Counted from the first letter of the stretch, positions 47,601 to 60,521 are shown. The stretch is 64,000 nucleotides of DNA from Paraspadella gotoi (GCA_051294375.1 CM119267.1:9077709-9141708), one strand, 5' to 3'. The notes: generated by a model from the sequence alone, not told the origin. Made by a program: numbers and translations.

Positions 47601-50135
47601 CGGCTCTGAAATTAATACTAGCGAATTAACAGGTTTTTTAAAAAAATCCATAAATCTATCCAGTATACACCATACAGTATACATTATATGGAAATCAAAT
47701 TATACGGACAGTATTCATTAAACAAGTCTCCTTTATGCCCATTATCATCTATATCACCCATAAACAACAGGCGGAGCCAAAATTAATCGCATTTTCCACG
47801 AGCGTCTCCTTTACGAATTATCGAAAATCGAAGCTAACGAAAAGGAATTGCGCAAAGAGATAGCAATGGCGATTCAGAACATTCACGGCATCCGGACGGG
47901 ATTGTTTACTCCGGACATGGCTTTTGAGGCCATCGTGAAGACGCAGATTTCTAAACTCAAGGAGCCCTGCCTCAAATCGGTCGACTTGGTAAATACCCTG
48001 AAGATTTAAGTTTTAAACGACTGAAACAAATCGAATCGAATAATTATATATTCGTAGGTGGTCAACGAGCTTACCAATGTCGTTCATCGAATCACTGAGA
48101 AAGGAATGGGGCGTTACCCGAGATTCCGCGAGGAAACGGAACGAATTGTTAACTCCCACATCCGGGAACGAGAACAAAAATGCAAGGATAATCTCCTTCT
48201 GTACGTCGATATTCAATTGTCTTACATGAATACCAATCACGACGACTTCATTGGATTCAGCAACGTCAATCAAGTATGAAAGATTTACCATTTTTTTATT
48301 AGGTATAGCTTGGATATTGTTTTTATTTTCAATGCTTTTAGGCGGCGGAACAGAAAGCCAGCGCCAAGGTTCAAAATCAAGTCATTTGTAAAGGATGGCT
48401 GGCGATGCATAATGTCAGTTTTATCAAAGGCGGTTCAAAGGATTTTTGGTAGGTGATAATGACATTAATTTCATGTCATACAATTTGATTCAGAAGTAGT
48501 TTACGCGCTCTAGGTTTGTCCTTACTGCCGAATCGTTATCGTGGTTCAAAGACGAAGAAGAGAGAGATAAAAAGTACATGCTAGCCTTGGATGGACTTTG
48601 CCTCAGGGATATGGAAGCGGGTGAGTTTTTATTATTTATTTATTTTATTACTTCCTAGTTCTTCCAGTGTCGGTTTTACATTTCGTTCATCGCTTTTTAT
48701 TCATCCAGTTGCCAGAACTACAAGTAAGATCTTATGTTTTGTGACACTAGTATTTATTATATAAATTTACGTATGGTTTAATATCTATTATAGACAAATT
48801 CAGTTGTATTTTACAATTATCTTTGAGCTTGAGGTTATTTTAAGAAGTACAGATAAGTCCTCGGATTTTGAATGCTACGACTAATACATTTGATGTCTTT
48901 GGAAGAGGCTGATACTAATTTCTGTTAGTCCGGTTAGACTGGTCCTCTGGATTATATTTACAATGAAACACGGTCATCGAGCTATTTTGGACCCAATCTA
49001 CGGTTGCTTATTATGCCGACTCGCCCCCCTGACAGGTTTCGCCTCGAGGCGCCACATGTTCGCCCTTTTCCACAACGAAAACCGTAACGTTTACAAAGAC
49101 TACAAAGCTTTGGAGCTGTCTCACGAAAGTCAGGACGAGGTTGACAGTTGGAAGGCGTCGTTCCTCCGCGCCGGCGTACGACCGGTCAGAAAGGAGGAGG
49201 AGGAGTCTAAAGCCGAGGCGGCTTCCCTCGACCCACAGTTAGAGAGACAGGTCAGTGATGCGTTAAAACTTTTCTCTTGCCTACCCTTATATAGCCTTTT
49301 CACATGTGGTGTTCGTTAATACTTATTATTTAGGTTTTCACGATTCGGAGTTTGGTGGAATCTTATATGAAGATCGTTAATAAGACAACACGCGATGTCG
49401 TGCCCAAAACCATCATGCATCTGATTGTTAACAACGTGAGTTTGCTTGAATTTTACACTTCTCCGGCGATATTCAAAAAATTCCGTTTTTCATTTTCAGA
49501 CTAAGGAGTTCATTTCTGCGGAACTTCTGGCTCACATTTATTCTGTCGGAGATCAGAATGCGTTGATGGAGGAATCGCAAGAGGAGGCGCAGAGGCGTGA
49601 GGAGATGCTTCGAATGTACCATGCTTGTAAAGAGGCGTTGTCCATCATCGGAGACATCAACATCTCCACCGTGACCACTCCCGTTCCTCCTCCAGGTTTA
49701 TTTCGGATTTTCGCTGTGAAATATTTTTGACTGAAATATTTGATCCTGATTTGTTTCCTTAAGTCGATATGGATTGGTTGAAACGAGGCAACGAAAACGG
49801 GGATGCTCAATCGAACGGTCCAACGCCTCCGCCCTTTCGCCCCGCTCCAGTGCCACCAAATCCTGGTCGCTCTGCGCCGCCGCCGCCCCCGCCTCAAGGG
49901 CAAGGTCTACCAACTATTCCGAACCGACCCGTCGTTGGAGCTCGACCTGTAAGATTAACACGACTTCTCACCTAAGACCTAAAAACGATTGCAGTCATTG
50001 GTTTCCCCTATTATTTAGGCTCCAAATCAATCATATCCCGGCGGTTTACCACCACCTCTCATACCTCAAAGGCCCAACCCGGGCGCTCCTCCGCCTATAC
50101 CTGGCAGACCAACTATCCCGGCCAGACCTCACTAA
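44624..50135 (+). CDS. DNM: Classical dynamin (GTPase, middle, PH, GED, proline-rich tail; ~14 exons)
   Basis: [83 protein letters not shown], proline-rich C-terminus. Confidence 0.98.
45479..46889. mobile_element. Degenerate pogo/Tigger-like DNA transposon in a dynamin intron
   Basis: TA-flanked TIRs cggggttgcgcggggtaattcg...ggaacac / gtgttccgaattacctcgcacttccc; no intact transposase ORF. Confidence 0.7.
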
Positions 50136-51111
50136 GGTCCTTTAAGCGTTTAAACTGTGAAATTTTATATTTAAAATGTTTTAAACAATTAATATTAAAA
50201 TTTACCAACGTAAAATCTGTGATGCTAATGTTATTTTGAACAATCGTCCGAAATAAACTTATTGTAAAAAAATATCCGCGGCGTAGGTGTTATACTAGTA
50301 AATCCCGAATGTCAAATTATAAAGGGAAGATAGCTATCAAACCTGAAATGTCTCACTTTTTAGCTTCCCAAAAATACGGGAAATTAGCATCTCGTTTAGT
50401 AGCACGCCTAATACTTAAGAACTCAATCATTTCCTTTCATGGCTGCGGAAACGTTAGAACTATAGAAATATAGTAGCAATTACATGGCGCTCTGAAGCGA
50501 ATCTTTATTATTTTGTCCGCGCCTTTACTTATAAATGTTTTTCATTCATTTCAGGCTTGTGAAAAATAATATTACTTTGGTAGCTATTAATGATTATCGA
50601 GAATGAGGCTTAATGTTTTAGTTGTAATTGCATTTGTATTATGCAGTTTCTTTATTGTTCATTTAACGATTTACAATTATTAACTAGTCAAATTTATTTG
50701 AATTTTGTTTCCATTGGTTTCAGTTTGTTATATCTTTGTTATATTATATCGTTCAACTACAAAGGTTTAGTATTTTATTAACACGTGCCTTCCTGAGAAT
50801 TTTGTGAAATTTTCGATTGCTACGATTTCAGAATGAAATTTCTCGTAACGAAAAAATCAAATTTCTTTAATAAATTCGTGCCAAATCTGTTTCCCCACCC
50901 CACCGAGTGTTCTGACTCTGAGGTCGAGAATATAAACTAATATCTTTTGGTATTTAGACCGCTGTTCCCCATTCCTTTTCCTGTGCCTGACGATTCGTGA
51001 ATCCACGCCTTTTTGCATAACCCGCATTTTTATTTTGCTGTATTTATAGACTCAATGTTTCAGATTTTTCTTTTCTACCATCCTATACATCATTTCACAG
51101 GGGATTCAATA

Positions 51112-51873
51112 ATGACATCGCACCAACATCTCGTGGAAATTCTTTGCGAGGACGAGAACGTTTTTCTGTGGACCGAGTTCGAAAATGATGTCGCCAATTT
51201 GATCCTTCACGATGGGTCTCGCCCATTCAAAGGATCTCTCGCGCTTGACCTCGACTCTTGGCGAAAACCCGCCGAACTTTTTGAACTCCAGCCTGAGACC
51301 TTGATCGACATGACCCGAACGGCCTTGACGTCGAATCTTAACCCTGATTATAACTACGAGCTCGTGACTTCTGAGTCCGACGCCCGTCTGACTTGGAAAC
51401 AGGAGGTTGAGGGAACGGGATTGTCGCAAAAGATCGGCTCCGTCAAGTTGTTTGGTGTGACCTCCGAGACGGATGTTCGTTCCGCTAATCGACTCTTGTT
51501 CGGATTCGTGGCGCGAAACCTCGCCGAATGCTCGGCGTCGAACGCCAAATTAGAGGTCGAAAAGGCAACGCTTGCTGAGCAAAGACGGGAAGCTTTGGCC
51601 AGGTATAAAGACTGCGTCGATTCGGTCGTTAATCGTGAGACAGAGCTGTTCGCAAAATTCGTGGAGGTGTTAAACGAAAAAAAGACTAAGATTAAAAAAC
51701 TTAAGCACCAACTAAGTGAAAGAGGAGAAGTTTTGTCCGATTCCCTTACTGATCAACATAATGACGAAGGGAATCTCGTTCGTGACTCACATTCCGAAAG
51801 CGTTGCAACGTCTTCGAGTGGTTTGTGTCTTTCAAAAATAGGCGATGATTCTTCCGACGATGACCATCTTTAA
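51112..51873 (+). CDS. XRCC4: DNA repair protein XRCC4
   Basis: Head domain LILHDG..F.G, LTWKQ, IGSVKL; coiled coil RYKDCV...ETELFAKFVEVLNEKKTKIKKL (Lig4-binding region). Confidence 0.9.
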   Translation: MTSHQHLVEILCEDENVFLWTEFENDVANLILHDGSRPFKGSLALDLDSWRKPAELFELQPETLIDMTRTALTSNLNPDYNYELVTSESDARLTWKQEVEGTGLSQKIGSVKLFGVTSETDVRSANRLLFGFVARNLAECSASNAKLEVEKATLAEQRREALARYKDCVDSVVNRETELFAKFVEVLNEKKTKIKKLKHQLSERGEVLSDSLTDQHNDEGNLVRDSHSESVATSSSGLCLSKIGDDSSDDDHL

Positions 51874-51930
51874 ATCTATATATGTTTGTTTTATTTTATA
51901 TATATTTATAGAGGTACAGCACAAAAAAAA

Positions 51931-52410
51931 ATGCTCAATCTTGCTCACGCCGGTCTGACTGAGCTTAATCGAGACAATTTGTCTGACGCAGATGACGTAA
52001 AGACTATCTCTGTGGTTGATTTAAGTCACAACAAAATGATAAATTTGGAATTTTTATCATGTTTTACCCAACTTCACACGCTGATTCTGGATCACAATAA
52101 CATAAAGACGCACGTTCGGTTTCCTGAGTTGCCGTCCTTACGGACTTTGTGGATGAACCACAACAATATCAATAATTTACCCATTTTCATGGAAAAAATT
52201 CAGGCTAATTGCCCAAATATTAAGTATTTGAGTTTGATGAACAATCCGTGCGCTCCCAGTTATTTAAACGGCGGTACTGTCAAGGCTTACCGTGATTACC
52301 GACAGTTCGTAATCAGTAAACTTTCCTCGCTCGAGCATCTTGATGATCGAATTGTGTCAAAGCAGGAACGCTCCGACGCGCTGAAGTGTTATGGCGCTTT
52401 TCGTCTTTGA
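51931..52410 (+). CDS. LRMDA: Leucine-rich melanocyte differentiation-associated protein-like
   Basis: LRRs LHTLILDHNNI, LRTLWMNHNNI, YLSLMNNPCAP, DYRQFVISKL..LDDRIVS.QER. Confidence 0.85.
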   Translation: MLNLAHAGLTELNRDNLSDADDVKTISVVDLSHNKMINLEFLSCFTQLHTLILDHNNIKTHVRFPELPSLRTLWMNHNNINNLPIFMEKIQANCPNIKYLSLMNNPCAPSYLNGGTVKAYRDYRQFVISKLSSLEHLDDRIVSKQERSDALKCYGAFRL

Positions 52411-52486
52411 TTTTGGATTTTACTGGGTGTGGGATGGTGATGGTGATGTTAATAAAATACGTATTTATAAGTAACAGAATTATAAT

Positions 52487-53628
52487 ATGACGTCCCGATT
52501 TCGCATTCCCGCCGACCTAGACTCTGACGACGATGAAGCCATACCGTCGACTTCGCATTTCAAACCGGGTCGAATTCTTTCTCATTCGAAAATAACTGCC
52601 CAGAATAAGGGCGAGGACGGCGCGAATCAAAACGTTTCTAAATCCTCATCTCAAGAAACATCTACGATAGCGCATTCTAGAGACGCAAACAAAAACAGCG
52701 ATTCGATTTCTGCCTTTCCATCCGAAATCCCCCGCCCAACTCCAGAGGCTGGTGGTCCAACTAATTGTCCCACCACCTCGAAACCCGCAAAAGCTGTTCC
52801 CTCCAATTCTATCATCGTTAATCCCAAGCAACGGGGTAACCCCATTTTAAAACATTTGACTAACGTGGTTTGGGAATACGGGGATATTGTTCCGGATTAC
52901 CAGGTCCGTGAATCGACATAAACTGTAAACCACTGCTTTCTTCGTCCACGTTGAAATCTTTCCCCGATCCATACAGGTTGGACTGACTTCCTGCGTTTTG
53001 TTCTTGAGTTTAAGATATCATAATCTTAATCCGGATTATATTCAATCGCGGCTCGAATCTTTAGGAAACATGTATGAACTTAGAATACTACTCGTACAGG
53101 TAAAAAACATCCATGAAAAATTAATCGAATATACATGTCACACAAGCCGATATTGATATTATACATTAATCTTAGGTGGACGTGAAAGATCCTCATCCTT
53201 CTTTAAAAGAGCTCGCCCTCATGGGCATTTTGGCGAATTTTACGCTCATGGTAGCCTGGTCCCCAGAAGAAGCCGGGAGATACTTGGAAACTTATAAAAT
53301 CTATGAAAATAAACCTCCAGGTAGGGCTATTTATTTTTTACGTTTTTGGTCGAAATTACTTTTTTATTTAAAATTTTTTTTTTTCATTTTCACAGACGCC
53401 CTTAAATCGCGACCGGAAACAGATTTTCACTCTCAAGTAGCGGACGCGCTCACGATAGTCAAAGGCGTCAACAAGACGGACGCCGCCACTTTGTTGGCGA
53501 CGTTTGATTCGATGGCATCGCTTGTCGGCGCCTCTGAAGAAAAACTCCTTCTTTGTCCTGGACTCGGACCTCAAAAGGCTCAAAGACTTCGTCAACTGTT
53601 TGATACTCCATTCACGAAGTGGAAATGA
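52487..53628 (+). CDS. ERCC1: DNA excision repair protein ERCC1 (4 exons)
   Basis: [49 protein letters not shown], Hh[11 protein letters not shown]...CPGLGPQKA. Confidence 0.97.
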
Positions 53629-53729
53629 CCCCGTCTTATATTTTTCTCTAATTTGCAGACTTTTTTATACTATAATTACAAAAAAATGTTTTACAATGAT
53701 AAACTGTTTGGTTTTTTCAAGTCAAAATT

Positions 53730-54366
53730 ATGGCTTCGACGTTGCGTCGCTTCGCGGCTTCGCGAGCAGTAATCCCAGTGATAGCGAACTCTGCCCTAAC
53801 GACGGTCTCCTCACGGGCGTTATCTTTTCGACCTCCTTCTATTCCCCCTTCTCCCACACTTTTGCCTCCATCGGCCGGTTCCAATCCTTTCCCGATCGTC
53901 TCGATCCTTGGAACTGACCCAAAATTCCGAGGAAAGCGCAAAGCATTTCAGATGATAGCCAAGAACAATCGGCGTAACCGACACCCGCAAACGAGGCGGA
54001 GGTTCGGCTGGTACATGAATGAAGGCATGTGGGTCGACGAGAGTCATATCATTGTCAATCAGAGGGCGTTGAACGTATACCCCGGAGAAAATGTTGGCGT
54101 GAGAGACGACAAAACCCTCTACGCTTTGTGCGGAGGTTAGTAAACTTGGAGATTCTGAGACACTTATCCTAAGTCTTGCGAAAAAAAAATAAAATTCTCG
54201 GCTCTTTTGCTTAGGAAACGTTTTGACTTCGATGGAGGAGCTCAATCCTTATCCCGATAGCCCGTTGTATGCCGCAGTTCAAAACGGCGAAAGAATTTTT
54301 AGACTGTTTGTCCACGTTATTCCTCCGCCAGAGTCTCAAATGTTTAAACTCGTTAGCTTAGTTTAG
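53730..54366 (+). CDS. MRPL27: Mitochondrial ribosomal protein bL27m (2 exons)
   Basis: IIVNQRALNVYPGENVGVRDDKTLYALCGG|...PYPDSP...FVHVIP...FKLVSLV; presequence. Confidence 0.88.
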
Positions 54367-54421
54367 TTTTGTTTTTGTTGTTCCACGCTTGTTTGCGATG
54401 ATTATAAATATTATTGTAAAA

Positions 54422-56910
54422 ATGGATGTGAAAACTTTTTCAGGCACTTTTCCAGTAAAGAAATTTGACTTTACTAAAATCGCAATGATGGGCGATTGCA
54501 CTCGCGAATCAGCACGAGAGATATTAGAAACATCGTCTCCGCCAAGTCGGCCTCAAAGTTCCAAAAGAAGAAAACGCCCTGTCGTTCTTCCAAAGGACGA
54601 AAGAAAAGCGATATCGCCCATTCTCTGCTGTCGTCGTCCGAGCGTTCGTCTCTACGGCACCAACATCGTTTTTAAAGAATGGAACCTACCCCCGGTCGGT
54701 CTAGATACTGCCATCGTCGTTGATTTTCTTCGCGGACGAATCCACCCGACGTCAACCCTCTGCCACGTCTGCGCTTCCTTGCGATTGAGCCTTTCCTTCG
54801 CTGAGACGAACGCTTTAGGAACCCATACTCGTCACGCCATCGCTGTCGAGGTTGACGGACGGATTCTAGCTGTCGGGGAGGGGGAATCGAGGAAGATGGC
54901 GAGGAAAATGGCTTCGCGGCTGGCCATGTTGGTTTTACTGAGTAAGTCGAAATGGCAATCAGGGTAATTTCGTCACCACCTGGCTAAGGACAGGGCTTCG
55001 AACGAACTTTCTAATTTGATCCTTTTTATTTTCGGGCTGCCATTTATAATCCTGAACAATCATTGTAATGGAGTTGACTTCCTTTATCTTAACCCGCCCC
55101 GTTTTTGGGACTCAGATAAAACAGAAGACGAACTACTCGACTACGTGGAAAATGATTGTCTTCAAGTTTCGGTCGACTCGAAGGGTCGCCATCTCGTCGT
55201 GAAAACAGTTGCTTTTTCTGTCGAAGCTTCAAGCGCGGCGAAAGACACCAAAGGATTAAATTTCTTCGATTCTGAAAGAGAAACCGATCCCGTCGTTCGG
55301 CTGAAATCCTTTTGCCGAAAATATGGTATTTGGACGCTAGTTAGTCAATAACAGTCATGGTAAATTCGTGGTTGGCTGATTAATTTTTTAAATCCCTCTT
55401 CAGAATGGGCTATTGCTTTCGATGTGATTCCCCGCGGCGATTTTTTTTCGTGTAACGTGACAATCGCTTTTGAAAACGTCGCTTTCGCTTCTGACACCAC
55501 GCGAACCGGCGCCATGCGATCTGCTGCCGCAACGGCCTTCGATTTTATCACTCGTACCTTGTCTTTCCCTCCTGAAATTTTAAGACCCAGAGCTGTCGCA
55601 GAAATTTTGGGCGAACTGGTTCAAGTATGCTGTTCATTACTAAACACGGAATTATTAATATTTCTTTAACTAACCTTATCATTTGATTGTAAGGAACGAC
55701 GCGGCGATACTCTTCTTCGCCTGAGACTCCTAAACCCATCGCATTTTCGGTCACTCGATGATGCCTCGGTGACGGCGATCATCTTCACTCGTTGCCATGG
55801 AGATCGCGGGGAAGTGGTGGCGATGGCAATTGGTGACGTCCCGGAAATTAAGAAAAGGGAACGCGGGGGTCTGTCCGAAATGACGTCTCTTTTCGTTGCC
55901 CGTCGCGCCTTCTTGTTGTTTCTTTACCGAGAAATCGTGACCTTCTACGACGGTGATGGATACAAGTCCATTTTTGAAGTGAAGATACCTGAGAATTACA
56001 CTTAAATATCGATTTAACGTTTATAGTTTTTACTTTTTTACTTTCAGTTGTCGGACAAGAGTTGTCGGTTGAATCTAAAAAACGGCGTCGAGTTTCACTT
56101 TTATCTTTCTGAGAGCCCTACTCATTCCTGCGAAATTTCTAAACTTTTGGAATGGAATTTACATGGGGTTCAGGTTCTTACCGAAGCTTTCTTATTTTAT
56201 TCATAGAGATTCTGAAAATTAAGTGGGCCTTATGCCCATCTTTAGGGTTTACTACTTTCCCATATTATTCATCCGGTCTACGTAAGTTCTGTATTGCTGG
56301 GCGGCGACGACGGGAGAGAGGTTCTTGACGAAACGTTTCGCGCTGCCTCACTCGACAAAGCGTCCCCAGCCTTCTCTTCCACGAGCTTCAGCCGCAACCG
56401 GCCGTTAGTGATGTCCATTCAAAAACCCAATGGATTTTCTCAGTCAAAGGTTTATTTCATCAATTTGACTAGTGAAATAATGAACACACCTAATGGCTTT
56501 TTTATCCGGCAGAGCGACAGCCAAACTTCCATCAGTCTTAACTACACCGCGGGCTTTGAGTCGGTCGAAATCCTTGATTCTCGAACTGGCAAACCAGTAA
56601 ATTGGTTTCCCCTTTTCCGGGATCAGGAAAATTCTCGAGGCTCGTCCAATCTCCATCACGGAGACACAACGACTCAGAGCCGTGTCTCTCGGGCCTGCCT
56701 TTTCCAAAGATTCCAGATGGCGCTCTTTCACCACGACTACGAAGTGTTTCGGCGGTTGAACCTTTTTTCAGCTAGGTATTTGTCTGAGAAAAGTTGTAAC
56801 AGTTTTTAATAGCCAGTTAGCTTGTTGTTTATGTATTTCAGGGCGAATCGCGGAAGACGACGTCTTAAATACAGGCCGCTCTTAGAAGCCGAAGGTTTCG
56901 CGCGCGTTTA
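54422..56910 (+). CDS. dsRBD + degenerate adenosine-deaminase-domain protein (ADAD/ADAR-like); 3' end uncertain
   Basis: dsRBD AVGEGESRKMARKMASRLAM; deaminase-fold motifs EVVAMAIG, VARRAFLLFLY, FHFYLS, WNLHGVQ|GLLLSHIIHPVYVSS, SISLNY, EILDSRTGK, SRVSRACLF. Confidence 0.8.
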
Positions 56911-57261
56911 AACCCGATTTATTTCCAATTATTTTTCGGTTAATTCGGAAAGATAATTCACTTAGATTTAGAACCTCTCAGATCTTTGTCGATGAGAGCT
57001 TGGCTTTGAAGACATTTTTAGCATTTTTTTAAAATCAGTTGGATACCTTATGTTAATAGTTCGATTTATTTTTAAATTTTATCATGTTAATTCGAGACAT
57101 TGCAGCTGTTAATTTTTCAATTATCCTTCATCTTTGTTAATTTTTCTAATATGAGATGTTATCACGATTTGCATAGTTTGTTTTTAAATTTATTATGTTT
57201 TAGATCGGTGCGTTGCAATTAATTCGTCAGCTATTCCAAACAAGTCAGTCAGGAAGGATAC

Positions 57262-58797
57262 ATGTTGCTCGGTGCCACGATCTTACCGTTAGAGGCGGCG
57301 ATAGATGTGAATATTCCGGAGGCGTCTCAATCAACGTCAAAGCCACGCTCATTTCGTAGTGCCGCATTGGGCGTGTCGTCGTTCGTACCACCGCCGCCTC
57401 CACCTCCTCCCCCCTTGCTTCCACCACCCGCGCCGCCACCACCGCCCTCGACACTTCCGCCCCCGCCACCTCCACTGCCCCTGACGCCTCCGCCGGTGCT
57501 TTCACCTTTATTGATTGATGTTAGTCGGCCTCCTCCGCAGTCTCCGGTAAACTTTGGCACTCCCCCTCCTTGCCCTGCCTTGCCGTGGTGGGTGCACAAC
57601 TGTTTAAACGATTCAGTCGTGAAAGCGAGTCAAAACGGAAACATCGATCCTGTAGCGAAAAATCTCCCTTTCGCGATGAAAGACACTTTGGAAAAGTTTC
57701 TTTATTCTCCGCTCAACGGTGTTCAATCGAACATCGATTATCGAGTCCAGCAAACTGATGGCGGTCGGGCTTTCGTGCGTAATTGTGATAGTCATACAAT
57801 GAATCTTTACGTCGATTGGTACTCATCGAATCTCAACAAAGAACCCAAAAAGCAGCGTTACGAGGAGTCGTTTTGCAAGGGGTCCCCCGGCGTCGATTAC
57901 TTCATGAGCGGGAAAAGGGACCCGGAATATCTTCAATGGATTCGAAGTGGAGGGGGCTGCAGTGAAAGCTTCATCGATTCCCACTGTCACATCGACTTCT
58001 TGATGAATCGCGCTAACTACGAAAACACTTTCACGCAGTACATGAAAGACTATCGGCACTTGTTTCCTCCGAATTTTGAAGGAGCAGTGGCCAATTTCTG
58101 CTATCCAGAATCCTTTTCCAAAGAGGAGTTTGAGAAATGGACTAACAATATCATGGACAATACCGTGACGGTTTGGCAGAGTTGGGGATGTCATCCCAAA
58201 CGAGCCACCGACTACAACGAATCCTGTCATGGCTTTTTGAAGGATATAATCTCACGGAAAAACGTTGTCAGTTTGGGGGAAATCGGGCTCGATTATTCGC
58301 TGTGTCCCACAGCGGAGACGATCGCTGTGCAAAAGAAAGTGTTTGCTCGGCAATGCGCCATCGCTGTGGAAGCCCGAAAGCCGATCGTCATCCATTGTCG
58401 CGACGCTCAAGACGATTGCTTAGAGATTTTGAGGAAGCACGTTCCGGCGGATTGGAGGATTCACTGCCACTGCTTCATGGGGGATTGGCACGACTGTCTT
58501 AACAAGTGGTTGTCGCAATTTTCCAATCTCCTTATCGGTCTCACCAACGTAGTCGGTTTTGCATCAGCCAAGCAGCAGCATAAAGTAGCGCAAGAAATAC
58601 CGATTGATCGGCTTTTACTCGAGACGGACGCTCCATACTTTATTCCGAGACGAATCCCAGAATCTGTGTTGTCGCAGTCTAACCCGGGAATGGCGCTTTT
58701 CACTGCGTCGTCGATAGCAGAAATTAGAAACATACCACTCGCCGACGTTTTAAAAGCCACTAGGGACAACGCGACAAGATTATACGAATTACATTGA
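57262..58797 (+). CDS. TATDN2: TatD-family nuclease, TATDN2-like, with polyproline N-terminus
   Basis: FIDSHCHID, GCHP, GEIGLDY, PIVIHCRDA, IHCHCF, LLETDAPYF. Confidence 0.9.
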   Translation: MLLGATILPLEAAIDVNIPEASQSTSKPRSFRSAALGVSSFVPPPPPPPPPLLPPPAPPPPPSTLPPPPPPLPLTPPPVLSPLLIDVSRPPPQSPVNFGTPPPCPALPWWVHNCLNDSVVKASQNGNIDPVAKNLPFAMKDTLEKFLYSPLNGVQSNIDYRVQQTDGGRAFVRNCDSHTMNLYVDWYSSNLNKEPKKQRYEESFCKGSPGVDYFMSGKRDPEYLQWIRSGGGCSESFIDSHCHIDFLMNRANYENTFTQYMKDYRHLFPPNFEGAVANFCYPESFSKEEFEKWTNNIMDNTVTVWQSWGCHPKRATDYNESCHGFLKDIISRKNVVSLGEIGLDYSLCPTAETIAVQKKVFARQCAIAVEARKPIVIHCRDAQDDCLEILRKHVPADWRIHCHCFMGDWHDCLNKWLSQFSNLLIGLTNVVGFASAKQQHKVAQEIPIDRLLLETDAPYFIPRRIPESVLSQSNPGMALFTASSIAEIRNIPLADVLKATRDNATRLYELH

Positions 58798-59406
58798 TAT
58801 GTGTGTCTTTGTCCCTAATTGTTTAGACAGTTATTCGAGCGTGTAACACTTTTACCTCGTTGAGGTATATTATTTAGAAACAGAAGTTGATAATCTGATG
58901 ACCATGGAGATATTTTTAAGTGTACCCTAGACTCTCGCTTTCGTAATGATACTTTTCTTTTATAAACCTTGCTACTAACTTAAATCTAAGAATCACTCCT
59001 TCGAATACTTGCGAAAATTTCTCCTTCAATAGATATTTTGACCGGCTCCATAGTCCATATTTTTTTATCTTACATATGTACCGCTGAACCAGTTGAAACG
59101 ACAACGGCAGTTTTTTTTTTCTGTACGTAGGATAAATCAACTTAAAAATTTCCATAACTTGGTTTAATTATACATATTTATTATTTAAGTTAATATTCAG
59201 TATTAATAAGTAACACATTTCATAACGATTCTAGTAATCTGTAGGACCGTAGGTTCTATTTGTCTAAAAAATTTCGATCTTTACTTAACGTAATTTAATT
59301 TAGCTTGCACTTGTTTTTCACCCGTTTTGTTCTCTACATAGATATCTAGCTAGTGACAGGAAGCGCAATCTTTACGTTCTTAAGTTACGATAAACCACTG
59401 TTTCAA

Positions 59407-60521
59407 ATGGCCGATCTCATTACCATCGATAGTTGGGATGTTCATTATGGTCTCTACGCCAGCGTCCGTCCACGTGCTGAGTTAAAATTCGCTTTTGATT
59501 CAATCCGATTTAAGCTTGGAAAGCAGGTGTTAAAGATACACAACGAATCATCGGAAAACGTGACTTTCAAGATTAAAACTACAGCACCTGACCGATTCCG
59601 CGTCGGTCCCTGCACGGGCGTTATCGCGCATCGAGGGGAAGCCATTGTAGAAATCAAACCTAACCTCAAGGCCGCTGACGACGCTTCCCTCTTCAACAAA
59701 GGAATTTTAATAAAACGAGATAAATAAACTCGCTCTGGTGTCCCAAATTAATGTGCGGTTTTTATTTTTTTAGAGCGGTTTTTAATCTGCACGATGCCCA
59801 TCGGCGTGATTCCTTCAACGCAAGAGGAGCTACTTAACATTTGGTCAGATGCCGAAGCAATGGCCAAATGTGACACGCACATCCTTTCTTGCGCCGTCTA
59901 CCCCATAGACGGGTTCGTTTTGCGGCGTCTTAAATGCGGTTTTGCATCTCTATTTAGGGGGCAACAATGTTTTCGTGAACTGGAGAAATATTTCGTGATC
60001 TCCGTTCGAACGAAGACACGTTTTCCTATTTCTTAATTCGAAGATCATCCCCGCGTTTGATCGATAAAGACGTTGACGACGTCCTGCGAAACAATCAAGT
60101 GCACAGCGTCGCTCAACGCAACACCCGCGGGGAGCAATTACGTCTCGACGACGAGCTGGTGGGCAACGCGTCGCCGACTTGCACACTTGATGGCGCCCGA
60201 TGCTCCGTTGATAGAAATAATAATCGTGAAAATTGGTACTCGGAAGGCAATTATTCCTACTCGCGGAACCCCGGTTCAGGCTACGATAGTTGCACGTATG
60301 GCACTTCTAATGCCGGTTACTGCAACCCGCGAGAATCATCGGCCTTTGACGTACCGCGCGGTGGCTTCTATTGTTACTCTCCCATCAATCCCGTCAGCGG
60401 ATCTCTTGCGGTCATTGCCGCTTGCCTCTTAATCGTCTGGGTCTATTTTAGCCTTACTAGTGAACCAATGACCTGGGCCGAATGGATTTGCAAAAAACTG
60501 AGCCTACATTGTGTTTATTAA
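59407..60521 (+). CDS. MSP (major sperm protein) domain protein with C-terminal TM anchor, VAP/MOSPD-like (3 exons)
   Basis: LKIHNESSENVTFKIKTTAPDRFRVGP, ERFLI; TM SLAVIAACLLIVWVYFSL. Confidence 0.8.
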
